Shown here: piece after piece, positions 38,590 to 51,014 of the stretch
Position numbering within the stretch: the stretch's first letter is position 1
How the letters are laid out: every line of letters begins with the position of its first letter
Source: Mobula hypostoma
Lineage: Eukaryota
DNA length: 64,000 nt
Direction of reading: 5' to 3'
Assembly: GCF_963921235.1 (NCBI RefSeq)
Contig: NC_086107.1
Coordinates: 109,990,001 to 110,054,000 of the forward strand
The notes under the pieces: model-generated
The model's database searches: none
What the model saw: only the letters and a program-made list of their open reading frames with translations
What the model was told of the DNA's origin: nothing
Program-made: the position numbers and the translations under genes

Positions 38590-39900
38590 CAAAATGCTGA
38601 AGGAACTCAGCAAGTTAGGCAGCATTTATCGTTGTTCCTTTCCATGTCTTGTGGCGCATCGGGTGGCAACCTTCCCGAATCTTTAGCATTTGTCTGTTTT
38701 TTATGAGGCTGAGTTGCTAGCTTGATGCTCAACCCAGCACAGATGGAAAGCGTGCAAGGAGCTGGCCGGATTCAAACCTGAGACCAGCAACTATACCAGT
38801 GGCTGGCGAAGGCAGCATCTATGAAGGGAAATAAACAGTCGATGTTTTAGGCCCAGACACTTCATCAAGATTGAAGTCCAGATGCAGGGTCTCAGCCCAA
38901 AATGTCAACTGATCATTTATCTCCATAGATGCTGCTTGACTTGTTGAGTTCCTCCAGAATTTTGTGTATGTAGCTCAAGGTTTTCCGCCTCTACGGATTC
39001 TCATGTGTCCCCTGCTTATTCAGTGTTCACAATATGGTTTCTGTATTGTAGAAACCAAATGCAGAATAGGTGAACATATTGCTGAGTATCTATGCTTGGC
39101 CTGCAGGAGTGACCCACAGCTTTCCATGCCTGTCCCACTCCCACTCTGTCCTATTGGTCTGTAGCCTCCTGTCATGTTACAATGAGGCCACACGTCTCGT
39201 CTTCAATACCTAATTTTCCAACTTCAGATAAGAGCATAAGACCATAAGATATAGGAGCAGAAATTAGACCATTTGGCCCATCAAGTCTCGACCATTTCAT
39301 CATGACTGATCCATTTTCACTCTAAACCCCAATCTCCTGCCTTCTCCCCGAATCCCTTCATGCCCTGACCAATCAAGAACCTATCAACCTCTGCCTTAAA
39401 TATCCGTAAAGATTTGGCCTCCATAGCCGCCTGTGGCAATGAATTCCATAGATTCACCACTCTCTGGTTAAAGAAATTCCTCCTCACCTCTTCATATGAC
39501 AAGCCTGGAATCACTAGCTTGATTTCTCTGTCTGTACCAGTCATCCGTCTATGATTCTAGCATGGCTTCTTTTCGTCCCTCTACCCCACATTTTTTGTTT
39601 TGTTTTCTTGATTCCCTCTGGGAGTGGAGGACATACTTAGCCTGACCTATGGATCATGTCTTCCTGCTCTGCAGTTTGTAACTTCTGCATTCTTTTGTCT
39701 ATTTCTCACTCTCTGTCTGCTCACAATCATTCACTGAGCCGATAACCTTGTTTACAGCATATCTCCATGGTCACTTGGTTTTACCTGATTTATGACATGC
39801 TCCCTCCCGCATTCTTCCTGCAGCCTAACAACTTTGTTTTGTTTCCTTCTTAGTTCTGACAAAGGATCTTTGATCTGAAACATTAACTCTGTTTCTCTTT
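38590..39900. mobile_element. Cluster of old PLE fragments, including a short fold-back (about 38590-39005), interrupted by SINE and CR1 pieces
   Basis: Inverted terminal motifs at about 38591 and 38965, two opposed decayed hammerheads at 38836-38911, a GIY-YIG remnant at about 39015-39230 and a CR1 3' end (-) at about 39235-39490. Confidence 0.6.
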
Positions 39901-42900
39901 CCTCATAAGTGGCCTCTCGGTTGTGCAGCGCTAGCGTTTCAGTTGCGCAGTGCTAGTACAGTTCGGGGGTCAGATTCCGGAGTTCAGTTCCAACGTCCTC
40001 CGTGAACAAGTTTGTATATTCCTTCCCTTATGCGCGTGGGTTTCCTCCAGTTGCTCTGATTTCCTCCCATAGTCCAAAGACATACTGGTTAATACAGGAT
40101 TCCCAATCATTTTTATGCCATGGACCATTAACCGAGGGATCCGTAGACCCCATGTTGGAAGATTAGAAGGTTAATTGGTCATGGTAAATTGTCCTATGAT
40201 TAGCCAGGGGTTAAATAGGTGGGCTGCTGGGGGGTGGGGGGTGCAGCTCGAAGGGCCGGATGGGCATGTTCAGCACTGTATCTCTAAACAAATTTCATTA
40301 CAACAGTGCACTGACACAGTACAAGGGAAAGCAATAACGGTATGCACTATAAAGTGTAACAGAGAAAGTGCAGTGTAGGCAGACAATAAGGCGTGAGGCT
40401 ATAACAGTGCAGATTGTGAGTTATAGAGTCCATGTCACCGTACTAGGGCACTGTTCAATAGACCTATAACAGCAGGACAGAAACTATCCTTGACCCTGGT
40501 GGTATGTGTTCTCAGGGTTCTGTATCTACTGCCCAATGGGAGGTGTGAAAAGAGAGAATGTCCATGGTAGGTGGGATCTTTGATTATTTTGGCTGTTCTG
40601 CAGTGGCAGCGAGAAGAGGGGCATCCAGAGAGGTAAATGTGGTTTCCATGAAGTACTGAGCTGTGTCCACAACCGTGCAGTTTCTTGCAGCCACGGACAG
40701 AACAGTTGCTATACCGAGCTGTGATGCACCCAGACAAGATATTTTCAGCTAAGTATCTTCTTACCATTTTCTGGTTTTGTATAAAATATATTACTCCTTA
40801 AAATTATTGAGGATTTACAACACTTTCAATTTTTTATTCATAGAAGATAAATTAAGCAACTTTTAATTCATTGTAAAAAGAACATTGCATTAGAAATTCA
40901 AATGAGCACATATCCAATTTCAGCAAACTTGGAGTCAATAAACTTGCTGATGTAGATAAACAGGTTAAAAGTACCATTCAAAGTGAAATAATTACAAATC
41001 ATGGAAGAAGTTCAGAATCAGAAGTCCATGATGATTTGGAGCAAAGGAAGTTGATCTGGGTTGGGGGATGGTAGAAGAAGCAGCAGCAGATTTGTGTTCT
41101 AGCGAAAGCATAGATGCATTGAGTGGCATTGTGAAGAACACACATCTAACAATAAGCTATCGCCTTGCCCATTGCACAAGGACTCTCCCACCTTTTAAGA
41201 TATTTTTATTAAACTATTCATCAGCTACTAACCCTGAGTAACTAACTGCAGGGCCAAAGAAAAAGTTGATTATAAATTTTGGACGAAAGATATTTGAGGA
41301 ATCTTTTAAACATTACTGTTTTTTTTTAATTTACGGTTTGTCTTTTTTTGCATGCTGGTGTTTGTCATTGTGTACTTTTTCATTGATTCTATTGTACTTT
41401 GTTGTACTGTGGATGCCCACAAGAAAATGAATCTCAGGGTTGTATGTGGTGACATATACGTCTTGTTCTTCTCCTTAAGCCCTACACACCTACTGGGGCT
41501 GCCGACAATAGCTCAACCGAGTCCTCTGACCTGGGCCAGTCTTTCTAGTCATCCCCAGATGAAGTGCATCTTCAATGATCCTTCCTCTTCCAGGGATGAG
41601 GTCTCTGGATCTTCTTTTGGTGTTTTTGTAGCACTGAGTTTTTAACAGAATGGGATTGCTAGCCCCATGCCCAGCCCTCCTCCTCTCACAGCCAGGCTTG
41701 GGCCATCCATGGCAGTTTACTTTTGAACTGTTAAAATGCGTACGTAATATATACATAATTTAAACGCTGGCCCAGATCAGAGGCGAGAGCCGATTTTGCT
41801 TGCTCTCTGCAATCTTCACTCTTCTCTGCAGGGTGCTGGAGCCATTCGCTAAACCATTGTTTGGTCAGATTAAACAACGGCCCAGATAAACTGAAAAAAA
41901 AGTGTTGTGATCTGGGACAAGAGCTGATTTTGCTCACTTTCCCACGATTTCACTTCCCTCTCCATGGGGCTGAAGCTGTGAAGACTGCCCTGTCTGCTGT
42001 GCTCCTTGCCCACTAATATGATGAACTGATAAGTGAGGTTTTGGTCCTACTCCGGGCTGCTCTGGGGTTCAGATCTGAGTATAATTTATACATTCTTTGA
42101 TAACAAATGTATTTGAATATTGAATCTAATATAGAAACATAATATAGAAACATAGAAAATAGGTGCAGGAGTAGGCCATTCGGCCCTTTGAGCCTGCACT
42201 GCCATTCAGTATGATCATGGCTGATCATCCAACTAAGAACCCTTAATATATAATATATAATATTAATATTTAATATATAATATTTGTAAAGGGAACCTGC
42301 TCTCAAACTGGAATAGCTCTGAGCTGCTCTTTGCTTCAGTCCATGGGAACAAAGGAGATAACAGATAACCTTGGAAGCAAAGCAGGTAACAGAGCTGGGA
42401 ATCCACATTTGAAAATTGGTCTGAAGCAAAGACCCCAACTGCCTCACATTCCCTTCTTTAGCCTTTCACCTTCAAGCCAATTCTCTTTGAAGAGCAATGA
42501 ATTGGGCATAACTAAAAATAGCTCTTCAGTACCAGTTAGCTGTAGAAACAACTGTCATCTAAGGAAAGAACTGTGTGTAAGGCAGGACCCTCACTATTTC
42601 CCTGATGCATTGGCATCTCAGGAGCTGCTCCAAATTAACTCTCTCTTCCATCAAATGCTGATCCATTAGTGTGCATCATACTGACTTTGCTCTAATGCCA
42701 GAGTATTATGTTTTAACATTGTCAGTGTCTTCCACAGAATTATATATAGCAAAGACAATTAAAAAATTGTGAATCTTGGGATCTGTCCCTTCATGATAAT
42801 GGATCATTTATACTTTGACAGAGCGTGGTCATTCCTTATGTGATTAAAGTGCAACCTGCTTGTGTTTTTGACATATCTCTGTTTTTATGAGCACTACTTC

Positions 42901-43234
42901 CATTTTTAACAATCCACAATAAGGAGAGTTCAGTTAGAAGTTCAATGAGAAACATGCATTTGTGTCTTTTAATCTGCACTATGTAATTAATATTCTCCGT
43001 AGTTATTTCATGCTTCATTAAATCTCTGCAATCTTAAAAATTAACAAACAAATGTCTAGATTCAATCCTTAAACTATTATTGTTAAATTTATGCAAGAAA
43101 TGAGGCTAATTATGATTGTTAATGAGTCACATTGAGCTGCCATTCAGGAACCATAAGGAAAGTTATTCAAGTTGTTAGTACCTAGAATTAGTGATTATTA
43201 TAGATCAAGATTACGGGTAAAGGTTGGAAATTCT

Positions 43235-43895
43235 AATGGCCTCTACTTCGTTTGGAGTTTATGGAAATTCAGCATCACATCTAAAACTTTGACACACTTC
43301 TTTAGATGTGTAGTGGAGAGTGTATTGACCAGCTGCATCATGGCCTGGTATGGAAACACCAAAGCCCCTGAGCAGAAAGTCAAAGCTTCTGAATGTTACA
43401 TCACGGGTAAAGCCCTTCCAACCACTGACCACATCTACAAACGTTTGTACATGAAATGTTGTCATAAGAAAGCAGCATCCATCATCAGAGATCCTCACCA
43501 CCCAGACCATGCTCTTTTAACGCTGCTACCATCAGGTAGCAGGTACGAGAGCCTCAGGACTTGCACCACCAGGTCCAAAAACAGTTACCATCAAGTTACC
43601 TCAACCATCAAGCTCTTGAACAAAAGGGGATAACAACTCTCACTTGCCCATCCATTGAGATGTTCCCACGACCAATTATCTGACTGTAAGGGCTCTTTAT
43701 CTTGTTACCTCATGTTCTCGTTATTTATTGCTATTTATTTACATTTGCATTTGCACAGTTAGTTGTCTTCTGCACTCTGGTTGATCCTGTTATAGTTACT
43801 GTTCTGTAGATTGCTGAGTATGCCCACAGGAAAACGAATCTCAGGGTTGTATATAATGACGTATACACTTGGTAATAAGTTTACTTTGAACTTTG
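43235..43895 (+). mobile_element. Rex/Babar LINE 3' fragment
   Basis: FFRCVVESVLTSCIMAWYGN...HHPDHALLTLLPSGSRY and tail ACTTTGAACTTTGA. Confidence 0.75.
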
Positions 43896-44509
43896 AGTAC
43901 TTCCACAACATGATGATGAAACTTTCGAGAAGTGTTGCTAATAAGATACAATTGCCATATTTTAAACTAGTGGTAACAGATTTAGGAGGTGCTTGATCAT
44001 TTTATGTATGGTACACCCTGGGGTCAAAGTGTACCAGCAGTAGAAGAGATGTGAATCTCTCCATTTCTGACTTTGTGAATATGAGAAGGTCATCAATAAA
44101 TGTTCTAAACATTGTTGGATCTAGAATACCACCCGAAGAAAATCCTGCAGCTTTACCCTGATATTAGGTGATCAGCTCATCTGAAGACAAAAGAATAATT
44201 TATAGATGCATCTACATGTGCTTTATTTGTCTTCAGTATGACAATAGTGAGTGGGAGTCCCCTCACCCAACTGCCTCCAACTCTGATTCTGCTCTCAATT
44301 CAGTTTCAGTTCACTAATCGTGGTACTGATCTCAATTAAACTAGTTAACCTCTGGCCTTGTAGAGACTCAGCATTACATCCTTGCTTTTGTTTCCTGGTC
44401 CTCTCGAGGTGATTGCATTTGCCTTTCTTACCACCAACTCAACTTGTGAGTTTGAGAGAATTAGAAAATCTTGAGGGCTGATTGCACAGGGTGCTGGGTA
44501 AGACCACTT

Positions 44510-45160
44510 TTAGATTAGATTATGAGGACACGCAGTCCTCTTTTATTGTCATTTAGTAATGCATGCATTAAGAAATGATACAATGTTCCTGCAGAATGAT
44601 ATCACAGAAACACAAAACAAACCAAGACTAAAAAAACTGACAAAAACCATGTAATTATAACATATAGTTACAACGGTGCAAAGCAATACCATAATTTGAT
44701 AAAGAACAGACCATGGGCACAGTAAAAAAAATCTCAAAGTCTCTTGAAAGCCCCATCACCTCACGCAGACAGTTGAAGGGCGAAACTCTCCCTGCCATGA
44801 GCTTCCAGCGCCGCCAACTTGCCGATGCAGCATCCTGGAAGCATCCGACCACAGTCCGACTCTGAGTCCATCCGAAAACTTTGAGCCTCCAACCAGCCCT
44901 CCGACACCAAGCACCATCTCTGCCGAGCGCTTTGACCCTGGCCCCGGCAATAGGCAAGGCCGAGGATTTGGGGCCTTCCCCTCTGGAGATTCTCGATTGC
45001 ACAGTGGCAGCGAAGCAGGCATTTCAGAAGTTTCTCCAGATGTTCCTCCGTGCTTCTCACGTCTGTCTCCATCAAATCAGGATTGCGTACTTAACAAATA
45101 CGATATCATTTCAGAGCGGTTGTGCATGCTGTGTCGCGCCGCCATCTTCTCCTCTCCTCC
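44510..45160 (-). mobile_element. Non-autonomous retroelement with an AAGATGGCGGC head and (ATCTA)n tail
   Basis: The minus strand starts GGAGAGGAGAAGATGGCGGCGCG, has a CpG-rich body, and ends AATAAA...CATAATCTAATCTAA. Confidence 0.55.
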
Positions 45161-46432
45161 CCTAGAGTGAACAGTGTCAGTCTCCTTGTTGAAGGAGGAA
45201 TTTCTTTAGCCAGAGGATGGTGAATCTGTGGAATTCATTGTGACAGACAGCCAAGTCATTGTGTATGTTTAAAATGGAGGTTGGTAGGATCTTGTTTAGT
45301 AAGAGTCTCAAAGGTTATGGCAAGAAGGCAGGGAAAATAAATCAGCTATGATAAATGATGGAGAAGACTTGATGGGCTGAATGGCCAAGTTCTGCTCCTA
45401 TGTCTTATGGTCATATTGTTAAGAAGAATTGAAATTAAACATAACAAAATATTTGAAGATCTTTCAGTAAGATGGTGGCATGCTCAGATGCAGCGGCCTC
45501 TTACAGCCCAACCAAAATTGTTTTTGTCTTTTTTACAATTGCAGGACAATGCTGGGCATTAATAACTTCAGGTACTGCAGGGTCTACCCCATCAGTGAGC
45601 TGCTCAATGGCAGAGGAGCTGGACTTGGTGCTGACCATGTTACTGCTTGCTACAGGAAGATATCTGAGTCGGTGGGCAGCCTAACAGCAAGTGATTGTCT
45701 TGGATGTTTCTCACAAGACCCTGTTGGACGTTGATAATGTAAAATGTTGCAAGTCTGTTTCCCTTGTTCATTAATGAGGCAGATGATGAGGAAGCTGTGT
45801 AACCTCGGTTCTAGCGAGGTCTAGGCCTTAAGCTGCGGGCTTGCCTGTTGCAGCAGTCCGGGAGACGCCTGCGGTGGTGTCAATGTTGGGTCAGAGCCTG
45901 GCACCTCCTGTTAGTGCTGCCCTCCAGTGTTTGATCAGTGGAATGTCAAGCTGGATTGCATGCATGGTGTCTACGTTCAGCTGTGGACTGCTAAGAACTG
46001 CTTGTCCTTGCCAACGACAACCATGCACCCACAATTTACAGTACGTCACTCAGCGACTTGGGTTACATATATAATTTTTTTAAATGTGACTATGTTTACC
46101 TTCTATTTGTCTATGCCTTGTGCTACGTATGACTGTTGGTACTGTACTTTGCACTTTGGCCCAGGAGTAACACTGTTCTGTTTGGTTGGTATTCATGGAC
46201 ACTTACGTATGGTTGATTGATAAATAAACTTAAACTTGAACTTTTGTATCTCCCTACCAAAGTTAATGCTTTCAAACTGTATGGTGATTTGCAATTTCTG
46301 GAGATCTTGAAATTCCATCTAGTGGCAGATGTGTGTAAAAGGAAAAGCAATTAGCATTTCTATTGTATATTTCATGACACCAGAATGTCTCAAAGTACCC
46401 TGAGAAAGAGGTAATTTATAGTGTAATCAGTG

Positions 46433-46735
46433 CTGGCTCGTGGCCAAGTGGTTAAGGCATTCATCTAGTGATTTGAAGGATGCTAGTTCAAGCCTTGGCT
46501 GAGGCAGCGCATGTGTCCTTGAGCAAGGCACTTAACCACACATTGCTCTGCGACGACACTGGTGCCAAGCTGTATGGGTCCTACTGCCCTTTCCTTGAAT
46601 AACATCGGTGGTGTGGAGAGGGGAGACTTGCAGCATGGGCAACTGCTGGTCTTCCATACAACCTTGCCCGCGCCTGCGCCCTGGAAACCTTCCAAGGTGC
46701 AAATCCATAGTCTCACGAGACTAAAAGATGCTTAT
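46433..46735 (+). mobile_element. Second tRNA-derived SINE family
   Basis: A box TGGCCAAGTGG, B box GTTCAAGCC, then the GTGTCCTTGAGCAAGGCACTT core. Confidence 0.65.
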
Positions 46736-47174
46736 ATATTAAAAAAATCGGTAATAGTAAACCTGCACACATGTACACAGCAAGTTCACATAAGTGTCAA
46801 TGTAATATTGATTCTGGTAACTGGTTTATAAGCTTGATTCAGGAAAAAGTGTTGCTCTGGACACCAGGAAGAATGTTTCTGCTCGTTTGTCAAGGTGGCA
46901 CGTGCTTGCTTATTTATCCAAGGGATTGGGCGGTATTTGGGTAAATGTTTCACCAAAGATACAACCAACTGGTCCTCAGTACTGCATTGAAGTGGGGAGC
47001 CAAGATTTTTGTGTTCAGACCACTAGAATGGAATATGAATACATAACCTCTCATGTAGAGTGGATTGCATTGGCAACCAGGCCACAACAGGTAACATGAA
47101 GAAAAAATTTGTCACAGAATAACGATACTCAAATAGTGACGTGAATTGTCCTTCTTGTTGTAGAATACACCTTC

Positions 47175-47720
47175 AGGTGCTACTTGGACACGTCTTCAGT
47201 GATGAACCCGGGGTCATTGGGTGTTTCGGGTCTTTAATCATCAGACAACCTCGACCGGGCGACCCAGCCGGGGGTGATCAGCCCCGGACTTGTGTCCAAG
47301 TGGCGCACTAATCCACGGATCCCCCCCCTCTGGATCCACAGCCACCGCGAGGCCTTTTCAGCAGCCTCCAGAATGTTCTTGGTGGCTGTTCTGCACTGCA
47401 GTCCTTTAACTCCAAGGAGTTTTAGAGTCTGCTGTAATAAATGACCGGCAAAGCCCCGGCACCCAAACTGGACTGGCTGACAGCGAGCTCTCCAGCCATT
47501 GCTCCAGCATTCTGCAACAAGATCTGTCTGTCTAGCCCTCTTGCGCTCGTTGGCCTCTTCAATCCGGTCTTCCCAGGGACAGTAAGTTCCAGCAGGACCA
47601 CTTGCTTTGTAGACTCCGATATTAACACCACGTCCGGGTGGAGTGGAATGGCTGCGATGTTCTCTGGGAACTTGAGTTGCCTCCCTAGGTTTGTAAAAAC
47701 TCCACAGAATTCTAGCAGAT
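47175..47720 (-). mobile_element. 3' end of a restriction-like-endonuclease non-LTR element (HERO/R2 group)
   Basis: (-) LGRQLKFPENIAAIPLHPDVVLISESTKQVVLLELTVP matches the RPD...ELTVPW endonuclease motif, with PVEFGCRGF in another frame. Confidence 0.7.
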
Positions 47721-48057
47721 GGTCATTCTGTGGCATCTGAGTAGATGTACTTCTCCATCTGACTCCTAATGCATAATTACTGTAGATCATACGTTTGTTT
47801 CATGATAAGGCATAATTAATTGATTAAAATATTATACTTGCTTCATCTGAAGCTTTGCATTGATTTTATTCAGTTATGGAAATTGGGCATCATTATTATA
47901 CATCAGGTAAATATCAATAAACAATAGTTAACAGATCAGTTGCTTCACAAGTATGGACACTAAGCAAGTGTTTTAGTTCAGAGGAAAGCGGGTTAATCAG
48001 GGCACCAATAGAAATACTGTCCTCTGTTTAATGTGTTGATATAGAGTCTTATAGTAG

Positions 48058-48644
48058 TGTAATGGCCTCTCTGTAATATTTCACTGCTAAGGTAATGGTT
48101 TCTCTGTAGCAGCAATATTTAGGTTATGACTTAACGGGGGCGTTGGAATGTGTGCTATCCAATGAGAGGCATGTTGTTCTTTCTTGTGGGTCTGGGAGCA
48201 GGGATTTTGCGGGCTTTTGTCGGCGAGAGATGAAGAGAGAAGACGCGAGTGGAGAGAGTTGGTAGACTGGCGGACAGAGTGGACTCGGAGCGAGGGTCCG
48301 ACAGTCAGTGACACTCGGAGGTGGTCAATGGGGAACAAATGGACGAATCCGCGAGCTCCAACGTGCACGTTAGACTGTTTCATTAAAACGGGCCCTTTTC
48401 CTTTTTATTTTCTTTGTAGTCAGATTAAGACTAGTCAGACTATAGATTATTTTCGATGGTCAGATTAAGATTTATAAAATTCAATCGTTTAATTGCATAT
48501 GGTGTACTGTGTGATATTTTGCAGTGTGGATTTGGAACCGGGCAACACCACGCAGCATCCACACAAATGAGATTGCTCAGTTTGGCTGGGCCAGAGGCTG
48601 TCCCACCCTAGACAAACACATGCTGGCCAAACCGGAGGGTTACA
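48058..48644. mobile_element. Probable solo LTR
   Basis: TGTAA...TTACA ends, flanks GTAG/TTAG, CpG-richer interior. Left boundary uncertain. Confidence 0.5.
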
Positions 48645-49599
48645 TTAGAAACACGGGCCTTTGGCTCATGTCTGTACTTTGATACAGAGCATATTAATAA
48701 ACCTCACTTGAGACCAAAATCATTTGAAATGGTCAACTGACAAGTCTGAATTCTGACGTCCTCATTGCACAAAGCGTGAGTTTTCTCCGGTTTCCTCCCA
48801 CAATCTAAAGACATACCAAGTAATTTAATGAGTCATTGTCAATTATTCTGTGATTAGGTTAGGGGTACATTGAGGCCTATCCCGCACCATCTCTGAATTA
48901 ATTAATTCATTCATTCATTGATTTTGTTGCATAGGAGACAGACAAGAGAGCAGACTCTTAAAAAAAATAAAAAATACAGTATGAACATGCCCTAGTGGAG
49001 GAGGATGACCATGTAGTCCTGTAATATACAGACCACCCTCTCCTTCCTCACTGCTGAAACATTAATCTTTCCCCCCTCCTGCTGCTTTCTCCCTATGTCA
49101 GAGACTGAGGGAACAATGCCCTGCTGTTCCCACACTTACTGTTTCTCCATAAGGCACTGCTACAAGAAAGTAGCATCTATCAGAGTGTAATTCCCCGACC
49201 ATCCAGGTCATGCCCTCTTCTCACTGCTATTTTCTGTGCATTAAGTACGAAAGACTCAAATCCCATAGCACCATGTTCTGGAACAACTATTTTCCTATAA
49301 CCATCAGGTTCTTGAACTGACCTGCAAAACCTACCCCTACCTCAGTAACGGAACACTCCAGACCACTCTTGCACTACTGTGGACTTTCTCTGATTGTTTT
49401 TTTTCTCATTTGCACTAATGTCTTATTTGTACTTTTTTCATCAATGTATAATTTATGTATAGCTACTGTGCGTTCTGACTGAAGTTCTCTGCTTGATGCT
49501 GCTGCATGCAAGTCTTTCATTGCAATGATACAGAATTTCACCATACTTGTTCCTATGACAATAATCTTGATGTTGAGAGGGAGAAAGCATGAATAGGTA

Positions 49600-50200
49600 T
49601 ATGGCGCTCCCGTTGTGGTCTCATCTACAGTGGTGAGACCCAACATAGACTGGAGGAACCACTATGTCAATCACCTCAGCTCCATCCGCCAAAAGCAAAA
49701 TTTCCCAGTGGCCAACCATTCTGAAACCTATCCCCATTCCTGTTTGGACATGTTGAGCCATGGTCTCCTCTTTTGCAACAATGAGACCATTCTCACTGTG
49801 GAGGAGCAACAGGTCATATTCTGTCTAGGTTGCCCTCAAGCTGATGGCATAAACATCAATTTCTCCCTTTTGCTCTTCCTTCCTCTTACCTCTTCTCCTC
49901 ACCTGCCTATCACCTCCCCCTGGTGTCCCCCCTTCTTCGTCTCTCTCTCTCCTATTAGATTCCTTCCTCTCCTCTCCATCCCTTTACCTTTCCCACCCGC
50001 CTGGCTTCACCTATCACCTTCTAGCTATTCTCCTTCCCTTCCCCTCACTTTTTCATTCTGGGGTCTTCCCCATTCCTTTCCAGTCCTGAACAAGGGTCTT
50101 GGCCTGAAACGGCGACTGCTTATTCATTTCCAGAGGTGCGAGTTCCTCCAGCATTTTGTATGTGTTGCTCTGGATCTTCTGTAGAATCTCCTTATTTAAG
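49600..50200 (+). mobile_element. Degenerate Penelope-like 3' fragment
   Basis: HLSSIRQKQNFPVANH...EEQQVIFCLG..ADGININF, a pyrimidine-rich tract and a decayed hammerhead at about 50082-50117. Confidence 0.7.
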
Positions 50201-50229
50201 ATTTTTTTGTTTTATAAATTTTTACAGTC

Positions 50230-50900
50230 CAGTCCCAAGGGACAGCGCGGCGCAAGATCTGTTTAGCTGAACGAAGAAGCAAAGTGCGCTTAAATGGGAA
50301 CTCGGTAGGGGGTGGAAGGTCAGTTTCCTGCCGGGTGAAGTGCGGTTCCGCTCCAACGCAGGGAGGGAGGAGAGGGAGCCATGGCGTTGGTGCGCAGTGT
50401 CGTGTCTTCAGCCTGGCTGGCTGAGGCTATCCGCACGGCCAAGGCAGGCACGCTGCGGGTGCTGGATTGCTCCTGGTACCTGCCCACGGTGCCGCGCAAC
50501 GGCAGGAAGGAGTTCGAGGAACGGCATATCTCGGGGGCCGCTTTCTTCGACCTTGACGAGTGCAGCGACACCTCGTCGCCCCACGACCACATGATGCCGC
50601 CGGCCGAGCATTTCGGCCGGTACGTGGGTGCCCTGGGCATCGGCAACGCCACGCACGTCGTGGTCTACGACGCCAGCGACTGGGGGATGTTCTGCTCGCC
50701 GCGCGTCTGGTGGATGTTCCGGGCTTTCGGGCACAGCCGGGTGTCGGTGCTGGACGGGGGGTTGGAGCTTTGGTGCCGCCAGGGTCTGCCGGTCACCGCC
50801 GAGATTCAGCAGCTGCCTCCCACCCAGTTCCAGCCGCAGCCCCGAGCCTGTGTCAAGAGTTTCGAGCAGGTCCTGGACAACATTGACAGCAAGGAGTTCC
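50230..50900 (+). promoter_or_regulatory. Second CpG-rich island over the MPST main exon; possible internal promoter
   Basis: Dense CpG starting about 150 bp upstream of the ATG and continuing through the exon, unlike the flanks. Confidence 0.5.
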
Positions 50901-50960
50901 AGTTGGTGGATGCCAGACCCTCGGGCAGGTTCCAAGGCACCCAACCTGAGCCCAGACCAG
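50381..50960 (+). CDS. MPST: 3-mercaptopyruvate sulfurtransferase, main coding exon (N-terminal rhodanese domain plus linker)
   Basis: Translation MALVRSVVSSAWLAEAI...RVLDCSWYLP...HISGAAFFDLD...HMMP...VVVYD...SPRVWWMFRAFGH..VSVLDGG...LVDARPSGRFQGTQPEPRP is the TST/MPST family. Kozak context GAGCCATGG. Similarity ends at CAG|GTTTTT (50960/50961), a phase-1 intron at the position known from mammalian TST/MPST. Confidence 0.95.
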
Positions 50961-51014
50961 GTTTTTCTTCCAAATCATTCTCTCTCTGCTATGTTTCGCC
51001 TTGCACCGTTTATA

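Noticed and set aside
46433..46510. tRNA gene
   Set aside because: A and B boxes are present, but there is no clean cloverleaf and the sequence continues into a SINE core.
47219..47250. CTGATGA...GAAAC on the minus strand resembling a hammerhead
   Set aside because: The segment between the cores (TTAAAGACCC) cannot form stem II, and no stem III with an NUH site follows.
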